Below, piece after piece: positions 14,060 to 27,588 of a stretch of DNA of 64,000 nucleotides. The stretch is from contig CM060732.1 in assembly GCA_030704615.1 (NCBI GenBank), positions 15,128,001-15,192,000 on the forward strand, written 5' to 3'. A program made the position numbers and the translations under genes. How positions within the stretch are numbered: the first letter of the stretch is position 1; each line of letters begins with the position of its first letter. The stretch is from Takakia lepidozioides (Eukaryota > Plantae > Bryophyta). The notes beneath the pieces are model-generated. The model had not been told where the DNA came from. It saw only the letters and a program-made list of their open reading frames with translations, and searched no databases.

Positions 14060-17030
14060 CTCTTTGGTGCTTCCAACTACGGGTGTTTTGAACATGGTAC
14101 ACTCGCCCTGTGTGGCACATTTAGACATCAAACATGGCACATTTTTAAATAAAAAAAAACAAGTTGAGAGGGGTGCACAAACAATGTGCGTTGACGCGCA
14201 CTGTTTAGTGCTTCCAACTACGGGTGTTTTCAACTTGGCACACTGGCCCTGTGTGGCCCATTTAGACATCAAAAAACAACAGGAAAGGGGGGCACAAACA
14301 GTGTGCGTTGACGCACACTGTTTGGTGCTTCCAAATACGGATGTTTTGACCTTGGCACACTGGCCCTGTGTGGCCCATTTAGACATAAAAAAACAAGCGT
14401 AAAGGGGGCACAAACAGTGTGCATTTGAAGCACACTGTTTGGTGCTTCCAACTAGGGGTTTTTTGACATGGCATATTGGCCCTGTCATGGAAGCTACTTT
14501 TTGTTGTGCTTCATGTTATACTGGCCCAGTTATGCAAGCTGAAGCCTCTTTGCTTGTTTTTTGATGTCTAAATGTGCCACACAGGGCCAGTGTGCCTTGT
14601 TCAAAACACCCGCAGTTGAAAGCACCAAACAGTGTGCGGCAATGCACACTGTTTGTGCCCCCCTCTGTGGCTGTCTTCTGATTTCAAAATGGGACACACA
14701 GGGCAAGTATGCCAAGTTCAAAATACCCCTAATTGGAAGAAAGAAACAGTGTGCGTCAACGCACACTGTTTGTGCGCCCTTTCTGATTTTTCTTTTATAT
14801 CTAAATGTGCCACACAGGGCCAGTGTGCCAAGTTCAAAACACCCGTTGTTGGAAACACCAAACAGTTGTGTCAACGCACACTGTTTGTGCCCCTCTTTTC
14901 CAGCTGTTTTATGATGTTTAAATGGGCCACACAGGGCCAGTGTGCCGAGTTGAAAACACCCGAAGTGGGAAGCACCAAACGGTGTGCGTCAACGCACACC
15001 GTTTGTGCACACCTCTCAGCCTGTTTTTTGATTTAAAAATGGGCCATGTTTGATGACTAAATGTGCCACACAGGGCCAGTGTACCATGTTCAAAACACCC
15101 GTGGTTGGAAACACCAAAGAGTGTGCGCCAACGCACACTATCTGTGCCCCTCTCTCAGCCTGTTTTTTGATGTCCAAATGGGCCACAAAGGGCCAGTATG
15201 CCATGTCAAAAAAACCCCTAATTGGAAGCACCAAACAGTGTGCTTCAAAGCACACTCTTTGTGCTCCCTTTATGCCTGCTTATTAATGTCTAAATGGGCC
15301 ACACAGGCCCAGTATGCCATGTCAAAAAACCCCATAGTTGGAAACACCAAACATTGTGCGTCAACGCACATTTTTTGTGCCCCCCTTTCTAGTAGTTTTT
15401 TCATGTCTAAATGGGCCACACAGGGCAGTGTGCCAAGTTCAAAACACCCGTAGTTGGAAGCACCAAACAGTGTGCGTCAACGCACACTGTTTGTGCCCCT
15501 CTCTCAGCCTGATTTTGGATGTCCAAATGGGCCACACAGGGCCAGAATGCCATGTCAAAAAACCCCATAGTTGGACGCACCAAACAGTGTGCGTCAACGC
15601 ACACTGTTTGTGCCCCTCTCTCAGCCTGTTTTTTGATTTCAAAATGGGCCATACAGGACCAGTATGCCATGTCAAAAAACCCCTAATTGGGAGCACCAAA
15701 CAGTGTGTTTCAAAGCACACTGTTTGTGCTCCCCTTTATGCTTGTCTATTGATGTCTAAATGGGCCACACAGGGCCAGTGTGCCATGTCAAAAAACCCTA
15801 TAGTTGGAAGCACCAAATAGTGTGCATCAACGCACACTGTTTGTCCCCTCTCTCAGCCTGTTTTTGGATATCAAAATGGGCCACACAGGGCCAGAATGCC
15901 ATGTCAAAAAACCCCTAATTGGGAGCACCAAACAGTGTGTTTCAAAGCACACTGTTTGTGCTCCCCTTTATGCTTGTCTATTGATGTCTAAATGGGCAAC
16001 ATAGGGCCAGAATGCCATGTCAAAAAACCCCATAATTGGAAGCACCAACGCACACTGTTTGTGCCCCCCTCTCAGCCTGTTTTTTGATGTCTAAATGGGC
16101 CACACAAGGCCAGTATGCCATGTCAAAAAACCCCTAATTGGAAGCACCAAACAGTGTGCTTCAAAGCACACTATTTGTGCTCCCCTTTATGCTTGTTTAT
16201 TGATGTCTAAATGGGCTACACAGGGGCAGTGTGCCATGTCAAAAAACCCCATAGTTGGAAGCACCAAACAGTGTGCATCAACGCACACTGTTTGTTCCCT
16301 CTCTCAGCCTCTTTTTGGATCTCAAAATGGGCCACACAGGGCCAGAATGCCATGTCATAAAATCCCTAATTGGGAGCACCAAACAGTGTGCTTCAAAGCA
16401 CACTGTTTGTGCTCCCCTTTATGCTTGTTTATTGATGTCTAAATGTGCAACACAGGGCCAGTGTGCCATGTCAAAAAACCCCATAGTTGGACGCACCAAA
16501 CAGTGTGCGTCAACGCACACTGTTTGTGCCCCTATCTTAGCCTATTTTTTGATGTCTAAATGGGCCACACAAGGCCAGTATGCCATGTCAAAAAACCCCT
16601 AATTGGAAGCACCAAACAGTGTGCTTCAAAGCACACTCTTTGTGCTCCCCTTTATGCAAATTGTTTGATGTGTAAATGGGCCACACAGGGCCAGAATGCC
16701 ATGTCAAAAAACCTTATAGTTGGACGCACCAAACAATGTGTGTCAACGCACACTGTTTGTGCCCTTCTCTCAGCCTGTTTTTTGATTTCAAAATGGGCCA
16801 CACAGGGCCAGTATGCCATGTCAAAAAACCCCGAATTGGAAGTACCAAACAGTGTGCTTCAAAGCACACTGTTTGTGCTCCCATTTATGCTTGTTTATTG
16901 ATGTCTAAATGGGCCACAGAGGTCTTGTATGCCATGTCAAAAAATCCCATAGTTGGAAGCATCGAACAGTGTCCGTCAACGCACACTATTTGTTCACCTC
17001 TCTCAGCCTGTTTTTTGATTTCAAAATGAG
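14055..17030. repeat. ~116-117 bp tandem array (about 25 units) built on palindrome AAACAGTGTGCGT-TG-ACGCACACTGTTT
   Basis: Cores at e.g. 15471, 15588, 15704. 14055-14487 is inverted relative to 14550-17030. The later part often alternates GCGTCAACGC and GYTTCAAAGC cores. Confidence 0.95.
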
Positions 17031-18305
17031 CCTTTTGTTGTGCTGTGTTCGATGTCTCTCCAATCGCAGGGGACCCTTTGCGCTTCGGACTGCTGTCTAC
17101 ACCATGCATGTTCTGGAGCATGTCCTCAATCCTCTTTCCACTATCGGCTTCTTCATGAGGCCACCATCAACATCCTCTTCGGCGTCCGTCTCTCCCTCGG
17201 ATGCAGTCTCCTCCTCACCTGTTCTCGGCAGTATGGGGGGCTATTGTTCCTCTCCAAAATCCTGCTCTTGCATCGCCAACCTTTCCTCATTTCCTCTTCT
17301 TCCTCCTTTCCTTCTTCGTCTACTCTTCCAACCTCATTCTATCTCTGGCTCTCTTCCTGTCCCTAGTGCTGGTATAGTATAGCGACTTTCTTCTCTTCTT
17401 CCTCCGGTGGAAACAAACGCTCCCCACGCTGCCTCTACAGCTCTCCAGTTTGACATTTGCAACAACGGTTGCTTTGGCATGTATCGAAATTACAATTTGA
17501 ACATTGTTAATCGTATTTGGATGCGGGTGTCATCATTATGTGCGAATGGAATTCATCCATTTCTCCGTCTTTGAATTTCCCAAAAAACTAAGTGGTTGCA
17601 CTTCAATTGCCGTTCCGTCTACTTGTGTGATATGTCAGATGTACTTCGCCGGCTGCCAGTACATGACATGTATTTGCAATCATGGAAATTAGGATATGTC
17701 GTGAAAATCGCTCGCGATTCGAATTCTGAACAGTACTTGCACATTGACAATAATTGTGATGCTTCACATATGCATCCACGTATGTTGTACTGCCTATCCT
17801 GCGATTTGAATTTTGCGGTCACCGGCACAATGCAGTGATTTCAGTATAAAGCTTGATGTCGACAATCGTAATGTGTTGCGCACCTTTGTGCGGAGTGTCC
17901 CCCTGAGTGTCAGTGTTTGTGTTGTGCTCTTTTGGCGCAGCACAAACAAATTTGATTCGAGGTATCCTGTTTATTGGACTCGTGAGGCCGTTGCCATCTT
18001 TCCATAATGGATGGCTTCATATCTTGTGCAGGGTTTGCATTTCATCCAAACACAATACGGCTTCTTGTGGCATCTTGTCTTTGAAGACAGTTATTCTGGT
18101 TGGTGTCTCTCTGTGCGGCTGACTGCAGGGTTTGGTGTAGTCTTTCGCCGTGCATGTCATGCTTACCAAAAATTGTAAACCCCAAAATCCGTTGCGTACA
18201 TCGCCCGCAGTCATTGGGACTGTGCTACCCTTATTCACCTCAGTTCGTATTGGGGTGGATCCCCTCTAGAGAATTACGGGCAACTTTGGCTCAGTGTAGG
18301 AAAAC

Positions 18306-19005
18306 ATGTCCAGGGAGGGAGACAGACTCGCACGATTTCATTCCAATGCAGGTAGTCTTCCACTGACTGCCACTGCAGATGACGATGGGTTTGCAGTTGT
18401 TCATGAGGATGAGCTGGTTACAATGTTCCCTCTGGAATTGGGTTCTCTGCTTGTTCAAAAAGAGGTGTATGACGAAGACGGGAATTTGGATTTTGGGCAC
18501 TTGCAGAAACCATTGGTTGGCAAGTGTGGGAGGAAGTGGAGAGTCCTTCCAGGCACATATTGGGTCCTAGGAAAAAAGAGAAGACAATCAGCAGGCTCAG
18601 TAGTTACCCCTAGCACTGCAACATTGGTCGTGCAACAGAAGGGCACAGTTCATGTGAAACAAGAGATGAGCAAATCCACTACATTCGTGACTCTTTCAGA
18701 CTCGTCCACGGAGGATGTTTCTGAGATTCCTCCACCAGTCCAGACTCCATTCTTGGATGATGACGAATTGCAGGAGATAACGAGTGTCATTCCGAAATTG
18801 AAAGCCCTCGCAGGGGTGCCTGGATGCAAGAGCGAGCTGCGTTTTGTTGATTGGGAGTCCCTTCGGGTGCAGAGGGTTCAATATGTGCCAGTAGAGTTTG
18901 ACGAGGACATTTTGTTTGAGCTCAACCCTCCCACAACTTCCAGTGGACTAGCTGGGCTTCTGCAGGGCATGGACAAGAAACATGACGGTCACCCTTGGTG
19001 CCATA
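18306..19005 (+). pseudogene. Probable N-terminal fragment of the MULE transposase of element A1
   Basis: ORF with VQYVPVEFDEDILFELNPP...GMDKKHDGHPWC. From recall, this precedes the NETxWxG...CxxC...HxGxHxH region (seen at 3860-4060) in such transposases. Truncated before the right terminus. Homologous start at ~63933. Confidence 0.5.
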
Positions 19006-22000
19006 TGTTCATATTCCTCTTTTTGTGCAAACATTGCAGACATGGTGCATGGTGGCCCCTTTGTTTTGTCCACGGTAATAGGCCCTCTTCCTGCAATCCT
19101 CGCCTATAGGGCCTGCTTCTCCAGCACATTTGTGCCACTCACGCTTCCCTAAAGCGTGAGCTCAGCTCACGCTTTGCAGCTACAACGTGAGCTTAGCTCC
19201 CAGGCTCATGGGGCTGGGCTCACGCCGTAGCTACGCTGCTACAAAGCTGAGGAGTACCAGCTTTTTATTATGTGGTGTTTGCCCTATGTTCTGGATCACC
19301 CGAGTTTGGGAAAGAATTCCATCTTGGGAGGGGTAGGTGTGGTGCTCATTGAGGTTTGTCGGTTATTCTACTCGCACTCACAAAGATATGGGTGGAGCAA
19401 GGAGGCCATGGGAAATGCACGGGAAATTCTGGCTGCTTGGAGGGTGCGACTCGAGGAAAGTTTGGGCTCCAACTCCTCGCCCCTAGAGCACGTGGCAAGT
19501 TTGTACTCTTCCTCTTAATATTTGGTTAGGTTTCCTCTTTCAACTCTAAAATCTGCACCACTCAGTCCCCACCCTGAGATGGTATGCTCACAAGATAGAA
19601 TGAAAGGTTGGTGGCCAATTTGAGTGGGTATAGGGAGTAACAATAGACCTCAGCTCATTGAAGATTAGGGAAAAAGTTGGAAAGTTGTTTAGCATATTAC
19701 AAGCATAGCATATCTGGAAAGCAAGACAGCCTGGTAATGCATTTGAAACACTAGGGCCAATCAAAAACACAAACATAATTTGGGTGGAATTGTGTGCCAG
19801 TAATAGAGGGACATCCTGCAACAAGCTCTCATGAGCACAAGCATGGACATGGTCAAGTGTGAATGTTACCCTTGGATTTTGTTTATTATGCTATTCAGGA
19901 AGCGGGGAGCTCTTAGATGACGTACTCAGGCACGGATGCCATGACATTTTTTGGTGTTACCTGTTTGAGCGGCAAGTTTCAACCTACATGGCCATCCCAA
20001 CCAACCAGAAATCGAATGAGGTTTCATACATCCAGTACTTTGAGCGTCATTGCTTCACACACATCTTTTCGTGTATCCAAGTGGACAACGATGGGCTTTT
20101 TCCACCCAAACGGGCATTGAAGGAGCTCCATGTGTACCTTCGGCCACCAAGAGACTTTTATCAGCCTCCAATCAAAAATCCCTTGGAGTGTGAGGAGTGG
20201 CATGGCAACTGTGCTATCATAATACACTCGCAAGACATGGCTAGGCAGTTGTCAAAGCTTTTGCCTATTGTGGGTTCTTGTGAATGTCGTGCAATGATAG
20301 AAGAAAAAGGATTGGTGGGTTCGAAATGTCCTAATGTTCAAAAAATGGGCCAAGACATCAGTTTGTATCTCAAGAAGTATTGGAGAGACCAAGGTGTATT
20401 GACAAATCTGAACTTGCAAAGTTTCAATGAAGAGATCTTGGTCTTGCGGTTCTTGTTGCTTGGTGGCAGAGAGTATAGAGTGGGAGATTTGGTTGTGGTG
20501 AGGCCAGACTCTTTAAACGAAGAGCACCCATGGGCTTGGAAAGCGAATGTTTTGGGGTTTTTCATACATGAATTTGAAGGGGTTATGAAAGTCTTCTTCA
20601 AAGCTAAGTACTTCGAGCAACGCATGGCAACCCCGGAATCGGCAATGCCCTTGACACATGACCTTACTAGCATGCAAATTTTGAGTTCCCGACCGAGGGA
20701 AATATCTGTAAGGCTTGTTCAACAACTAATGTACCAATTCATGGCACTACCTGCCTACCAGTCGCCAAGCCAGTTTGTGGTTGCCTATGAGTTGAAGGAT
20801 ATTGGTCCCAGGAACCATTTGCTCGAGGTGGGTCAACCAGGGTGTTGTCCACCTTATCCTGAGGTTGGAGATGTTATGCTTGTGAAGGGACAGGATTAGG
20901 AAGAAGGAGAATTTTTCTTGTATGCTGTTGTCGAGCAGTCCACCCGAGACGTCCTTCGGAAGGGATTCATATGGGCGCTGAAGGAGCTTTAGCAGAGCAG
21001 GAACGTTTGGTTGGCACAATGGACCTTAGCTATGTGCATCAGGTAGGGCCTCGCTCTCAGAGATTTATTGCGTCGACTGAGGTAGAGCATACTTGCTCGT
21101 GGCACAAATTGGTAAAACTTATGTCCAATTTCAAGCCATTAAGTTCCTAATTCTAACACCTGTGGAATGGCAGAGGAGCTAAACCTCAACATGCAGCCCT
21201 CCAACAAGGCCAATCTAGACATGGGGGAGAAGGAAAGGCAACATGTGTTTCTTTCAGCGACATTGAATGAGTGTGTGGATCAACTTGCAAGTCTAAGTGA
21301 AGTGAACCCGCAGCTGTAGGCCTGGACAGTACAATTCCAGCCAAGGACATAAACCAGAAGCTGGAAATAGGACCAGGGCAACCCCAGCCTGCTGATGGAT
21401 ACACAGAGTACAAGATTCCAGCCCAGCTCGTTCAAAGTTTTTTTAAGGGTACTCTTTCCAGTGCATTGAGATAGTGTTTGCACAGGGGCATGATTGTTAG
21501 AAAGGAGGTCTTGGGTTGTCTGTCTACAAGGTACAAGACTTTTGCACCACACTTTTTGACCGTCAAACAAGGCACCACACGTGGCAGGGTATCCAGGCAT
21601 GGCAATGTGGCAATGGATGCCACCTGCTACGGTGGATACTTCACAAGACACAGGCCTATAGTTGCTTGATTCAAAGCTCTCTTTTTGCATTGAGGGATTC
21701 TATCTGCAGCTCTGTAGATGTCATGACAGAAATAGTGGGTATCTTTTTTTCCTACTGGAGACTAGAGGGACGTTAGCCCAGCAAGTAGGTTCCTTAGTTG
21801 CATTGTTATCCCACTAGGGGCATTTTTTCACCTTGGGCGCTATGGTGGAGGATTGGGGAGAGATGGACATTGCTGCTGCAATATGGACAGAGTTTTTTTT
21901 CCTCCTCTCAACAGACATCTTTGTATTTTGCGATTCATGCGTGCGTCGAAATTAAGAAACTTAGATGGACCTTTGCCCTCCTTTGTTTCTCTTGGGAATG

Positions 22001-22519
22001 TTCAGCTCTCGGTCATTGGCTTGCTGGTGCTGCCACTCAAAGTTTGGCATATGTGTGAGTGTCCTGGCCCACCAGATGCAAGTTGAGTGCCCACTCCAAG
22101 TTATTGGACGAAGTGTACATTTGGGGCAGTGATATGGTCTTGTATATGGGGAGAATTCCTCCCTTCACATGGAAGGGGCTGAGTGTTGGTTTGATCCTCA
22201 TGTCCGTGGCAAGGTGGAACTAGGCTCTAGAGCATTTTGCAACAAAACTTGCAGGAACACGAATGTCTGTGGCTGACATATCCCACTGGTATCATATCAA
22301 GAGACTTGATAATAATTGTGATTAGAAGTATGGAGACGTAAGAAAGCATTTCACTTTATATTTTTATACAAGTGAGTTGTCCCTGAGATTCTGATTGTTC
22401 CATGCATACAATGTGTTTTTCATTGTCAAGTGCAATGTTATCAGCCATGACTGAGTAATGTCTTGTGGGCCAGACCTTGTTCAGCCCATGAAGTTTAAGG
22501 CAATCTATGGCAGGTTGGG

Positions 22520-23244
22520 TGTCGCGGCCCTTTGCCTTGAGGGCAGGGGGTCGAGACACGAGAGGGGCTGCCCCTGTGGTGGGGGTAGTGGCGACAATAG
22601 ATGCGGGGGCTGAAGCACCCTTGAGTGCCCAAGGCACTCAAGGAGGCGGAGGCGCTCACTAGGTGGAGCCCCGCACACCGGATTGCGGTGGGGGTGGTTC
22701 TACGAGGGGTGGTGTTAGCTTAGTGGGACTTAGTGGGGGTGGCATAGGACTCACCATGGGGGCGGAGACCTTGTGGTGGGACTCGTGGGGAGTCTTGGGA
22801 CTCATCACGGTCCAATGGGACCGTGGTGGGTGGCCAAGACTCACCACGACTCATCACCGGGAATCGAGGGTTTTCGTGGTGGTTCGCCATAAAATGGCAT
22901 GGTTGTTTGTGAAACCCCCGCGGACAGTCACAGAAGTATATATAGGGAGTAGTAACCCCGAGAACGGTGCAAGCCCGTTGGTGACCAAAAACTAGTGAGT
23001 AAGCGTGCGAGCCGGAAAGCGACCAAGGTGTGGGGAGCTATTCCGGACTGCCATCGACCAAAGGGAATTTCCACTAGGCCCAAATTGGGAGAGGGTCTTG
23101 TGGAGGAGTAAAGGGGGACCGTTATGTCCTGGTGAGCAGCCGAAGCTCCGAGTTGGCCCGGCGGCCAGTTAGGGAGTTAGGCGCGCGCATCAAAGCGAGT
23201 AACTATGACTTGAAGGGGAGCTTACCGAAGTGAGGTGCGCGACA
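22520..23244 (+). repeat. 5' LTR
   Basis: TGTCGCG...CGCGACA ends; near-identical to 28228-28953. Confidence 0.93.
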
Positions 23245-23298
23245 CTTGGTATCAGAGCTTAGAGTTCAGTATGCGATCGTCCTTGGGATCGGCCTCAT

Positions 23299-26200
23299 CA
23301 TGGGGTCGGGCAAGCCAAAGCGACAGCGGAACGGCCCGAAAGATGATGATCCTGGTGAGCCCGATGGGGGCGACGTGTCACCGAAGCGGCCATTTAAGGA
23401 AGCGATGCATGCTTTTGAAAATGAGGCCACTCAAGAACGGGAGGAATCTGAGGAGTCGGAGCCCGAGGAATCTCTAAGAGCTCTGACAGACCAACAGATG
23501 CCTCCCATGCCAGCAGCCTTTTGGGAAGGGTTGTTGGCGTAGTTTGGCGGGACGTTAAAAGACGTGTTAAAGGCGGCTAATGTCACTTCCACGAAGGCAA
23601 AATTTAAGGTGAAGCCTAAGGAACCCGGCACCTTCGAGGGCGTCCAAAATCGGAAGGCACTCAACACCTGGCTCTTGGAGCTAGAGCAATACTTCCGGGC
23701 GGCCAAGTTGAGTGACGAGGATCGGGTGGAAGTGGCTCCCACCTATTTGAGGGGCTATGCTCAACAATGGTGGCAGAAACGCCTTCACAACCGAGGTCCA
23801 AACCCGGAAACCTTGAACTGGAGTGGGTTCAAGGAACTGATGAAGAGACAGTTTGTGCCCCTCAACGCGTCCTGGCTCGCCCGGGACAAGATGAGGAATC
23901 TGAAACAAACGGATGGCATTCGGGGATATGTTCAGGCTTTCAATGTGCTGTTGCTCGAAGTCGCGGACATGGCAGAACCAGAAATGGTCTTCAACTTCGT
24001 GGCGGGACCTGGCCCCATGGGCCAGACGAAAGTTGGAGGAGAAGCCACCTAAGACTTTGAACGAGGCAATTGAGAGGGCTGAATGTTTCTCGGATGTCCG
24101 TAGGGGCGAATGACAAGGCCGTACGGAGCTGAACCACAAGAAGACCCGGCGGGAGGGTGACTCCTTTCGACCGGAAAAGAAGTGGGATAGGCCACGCGGC
24201 GACAATGGCACTTGGAAATCGAAGGGAGAGCCTTCACACGCCAAGACAACACCCGGTGCTCCGAAAGGAAAATCAGGTGCGACGCTTTATGGCGGACAAA
24301 AGGCGACCTTCGATGGAGTGTGCTTCAATTGTGGGGAGTCCGGGCACATGGCCAAGAAGTGCACGAATCCCCGACAATTGAATATGACTCGGGCAACCAC
24401 GGAGTTGTCCAAAGCTTCCATCAGCCGCTTGGTGGAGGCAGTGGTCGCCAAGACTTGCAAGGTAAGCAACTACTCTTGTGAGTTGTATCAGGAAACTGGC
24501 GCTTTGCAAAAAGGGAGTCAGTTAATGTTTGTGAGTGGGATAATCTCCGGAACTAACGTGTCGTTGTTAGTGGACACAGGAGCGTTGCACTCCTTCATGA
24601 CACCGGCAACGGCACGGAAGCTGGGACTTCTGACAAGTGAGGTGGGGGCCTCTATTGAGGTGCGTTCTGCTAAAGGAGAACCACAATTGGCGACGAGGTT
24701 GGCGTTCGATGTCCTCTTCAACTCGGGAGTTGGGAGGGACGTGAGAACTTCACCATTTGCGAGATCGATGGAGTGGATCTCATTTTGGGGATGACATTTT
24801 TGAGCAGATCCGGAGCGATCATAGATGGCCGCAAGAGGGTAGTCACGCTACCGTGTGGGAATGGTTGCAAAGTTTTAAGAGTGTCGGAAACGCCCAACCC
24901 CGTGGGAGGGCGAATAAACCTTCTGTCAGCAAGGGAGTGGGCCGTGGAGGAGTCACACGAGCCCCAATTTTTGCTTTATGTAAGACAAGTAAAGGGAGAA
25001 GGCAATGGGGAGCCGAGCCCAGATTGGATCAAGGGGATTTTGGAGAAATACCAGGATGTGATGCCGGAGGATTTACCAAGCGGCTTGCCACCGCGAAGAG
25101 AAGTTGACCACAAGATTGAGGTGATACCGGGATCGGAGCCGCCTGCCAAGGCGCCCTACCGATTGAGCCACAGAGAGTTGGTCGAGCTGAAGACTCAGCT
25201 CAAGGATCTAATGTCAAAGGGGTACATCCGGCCGAGTAAGTCACCTTATGGAGCCCCGGTGTTATTCGCAGACAAGAAGGATGGGACGCTGCGGATGTGT
25301 GTCGATTACAGGGCTCTAAATAAGGTGACTATCAAAAACCGGTACCCTTTGCCAAGGATTGACGACCTCTTTGATCGGTTGGCAGGAGCGAAGTATTTCA
25401 GCCGGATCGATTTGCGCTCCGGCTACCATCAAATTCGAGTGGCGGAAGGAGACGAGGAGAAGACCGCGTGCAAGACAATGTATGGTTCATATGAGCTCTT
25501 GGTGATGCCTTTTGGGCTCACCAATGCACCCGCGACCTTTAGCACGCTCATGAACAGCCTTTTCCAGGAGTGGTTGGATGATTTTGTGATCATGTACATC
25601 GACGACATCTTGGTGTACTCGAAAACAAAGGAAGAGCACCTGGAGCACCTAAAAAGGGTGTTCCAGAAATTGCGGGAAGAGAAGCTGTATGCCAAAGCTT
25701 CAAAGTGCGAATTCGGGGTCACGAAAGTGGAGTTCCTGGGGCATGTGATTACACAGGATGGGATCAAAATGGATGACACAAAGGTGAGGCCGATTTTGGA
25801 TTGGGAGCCTCTGACTTCGGTCCCGGGAGTGCGATCCTTCCTAGGACTCGCCTCCTATTACCGGAAGTATGTGAGAAATTTCGCCAAGATCGCGGGGCCA
25901 CTGTCAGACCTCCTATGTAAATCCAAAGTTTGGGTATGGAACACCTTTTATGGCCAAGCTTTTGTCGAGTTGAAGCAGCGGATGGCGGAAGCTCCAGTCT
26001 TGAAAATCCCGGAGTTCGACCGCCCATTTGAGATTCATACGGATGCGTCGGACTTCGCGATTGGAGGTGTACTCATGCAGGATGGACGTCCAGTGGCTTA
26101 CGAAAGTAAGAAACTGAATGAAGTGGAGCGATGGTGGCAACGCACGAGAAAGAGATGAAGGCGGTGGTGCATTGCCTTGAGCTTTGGCGCCACTATATTG

Positions 26201-27588
26201 GTTCCAACCCGGTGAAGGTGTTCACGGACAATGTCACGGTGAAGTATTTTGCCACGCAGCCTAAGTTGTCCCCAAAATAACTTAGGTGGCAAGACACTTT
26301 GGCGGTGTTCGACGTGGATATCCAGTACAAACCGGGACGGGATAATGTGGTGGCCGATGCTTTAAGTAGAAGGCAGCAGCTCATGTTAGTGTATAAGGGC
26401 GAGACGACGCTCCAGAGGAAGATCCGGAAGGCTTACCGGAAGGATAAGATGGCAAAGTCCGTGATGCGGGACTTGAGGATGGGGGTTAAATCGCAGTTCC
26501 ACTTGCAAAATGGACTACTCCGGTACAAGCAAAAGCGTCTCTACGTGCCGAAGAAAGGATTCGATGCAATCATGGTGGTGGTGGATAGGTTCAGTAAAAT
26601 GGGCCATTTCATCCCCATCAAGGAGACGACAATGGCGCAGGAGACGGGGCGACTTTACTTTGCCCACGTCTTTAAGCATCATGGACTCCCGAAGGATATT
26701 GTCTCAGACCGTGATCCAAAGTTTACTAGTAAATTTTGGAGGGTACTTTGGAAGAAAATGGGGACGAGGCTCAAAATGAGCACCGCCTTCCGACCTACGA
26801 CGGACGGCCAAACAGAAAGGGTGAATTTCGTGGTGAAACAGATCTTGCGGAATTACGTGTCGGCAGACCAATCGGACTGGGTGGAGCACTTGGATGCGGC
26901 GGAGTTCTGTTATAATAACACAAAACACTCCACAATGGGAGTTTCCCCCTTCATATTGGTCTATGGAAAAGCACCTTTGGTGCCGACAAGTTGGGCTGCC
27001 CATGACGTTGAGGAACCGGCAGCAGTGGCAGTGCTGGAAGAACGCGAGCGTTTGTTGAAACTCGCAAAGTACAACATTGCCAAAGCTAGGAAATGGTATG
27101 AACGGCAGGCAAATCGGAAGAGGAGGGAGGTTAAGTTTGAGGCAGGCACGGAGGTCTGGTTGAACATCAAGAATTTTCGACTACCTCCGGAAGTGAGTCC
27201 GAAGTTCGTACCTCCGTATGCGGGACTCTTTCGCATCCGGAAGATTATGAATGAGGATGTGTATGAATTGGAGCTGCCGGCAAACAGCAAGGTGCATCCA
27301 GTATTCCACGTCTCCCTTTTGAAGCCTTACTTCAAAGATGAAGCACGTCCGAATCGGCATCAAGTGTTGCGTCCGCCACCTGTGCTGTTGGATCATGAAA
27401 ATAAACCTGCGTACGAGGTGGAGGCAGTGCTTAAGTCGAGGAGGTTCAAGAATCGAGAAACGGAGTATCTCGTGAAATGGAAGGGCTATCATCATGTGGA
27501 GGCATCTTGGGTGCGTGCCTCAGAAATGGGAAACGTCGAGGCGGTTGCAGCTTTCGAAAGGCGACCTCAAAAGCGGAAGAAGCGTTGA
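23299..27588 (+). pseudogene. gag-pol with chromodomain; frameshifts/stops and loss of the integrase HHCC region
   Basis: Split across ORFs 23564, 24318, 24773 and 26299. LYVPKKG is joined directly to FDAIMVVVDRFSK. Chromodomain YEVEAVL...YLVKWKGY...SWV. Confidence 0.9.

Larger units (their letters stand above)
12804..19238 (+). mobile_element. Internally deleted MULE-like element, copy A1, with perfect 9-bp TSD
   Basis: TSD CTACAAAGC at 12795-12803 and 19239-19247. Ends GGGGGGTGCTATTCCGTGAGCC and (rc) CAGCGTAGCTACGGCGTGAGCC. Clustered GTGAGC motifs at both ends. Confidence 0.9.
10335..20899 (+). pseudogene. CACTA/EnSpm (CMC)-like transposase, interrupted by the 12804-19238 insertion; C-terminal BAH-like segment
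   Basis: GDPRNFALMVHWDGF (~11940), TGDHPAQCKVGGLKGGGYSGC and DVMH motifs. Removing the insertion and one TSD copy restores the frame ...LGYYKA|EEYQLFIMWCLPY. Stops and frameshifts present. Confidence 0.75.

Noticed and set aside
14064-17029. Many Cys/His-rich ORFs (CASTHTVC, CVNAHC) here and at 57304-63518
   Set aside because: Translations of the tandem repeat in several frames on both strands; not zinc-finger genes.
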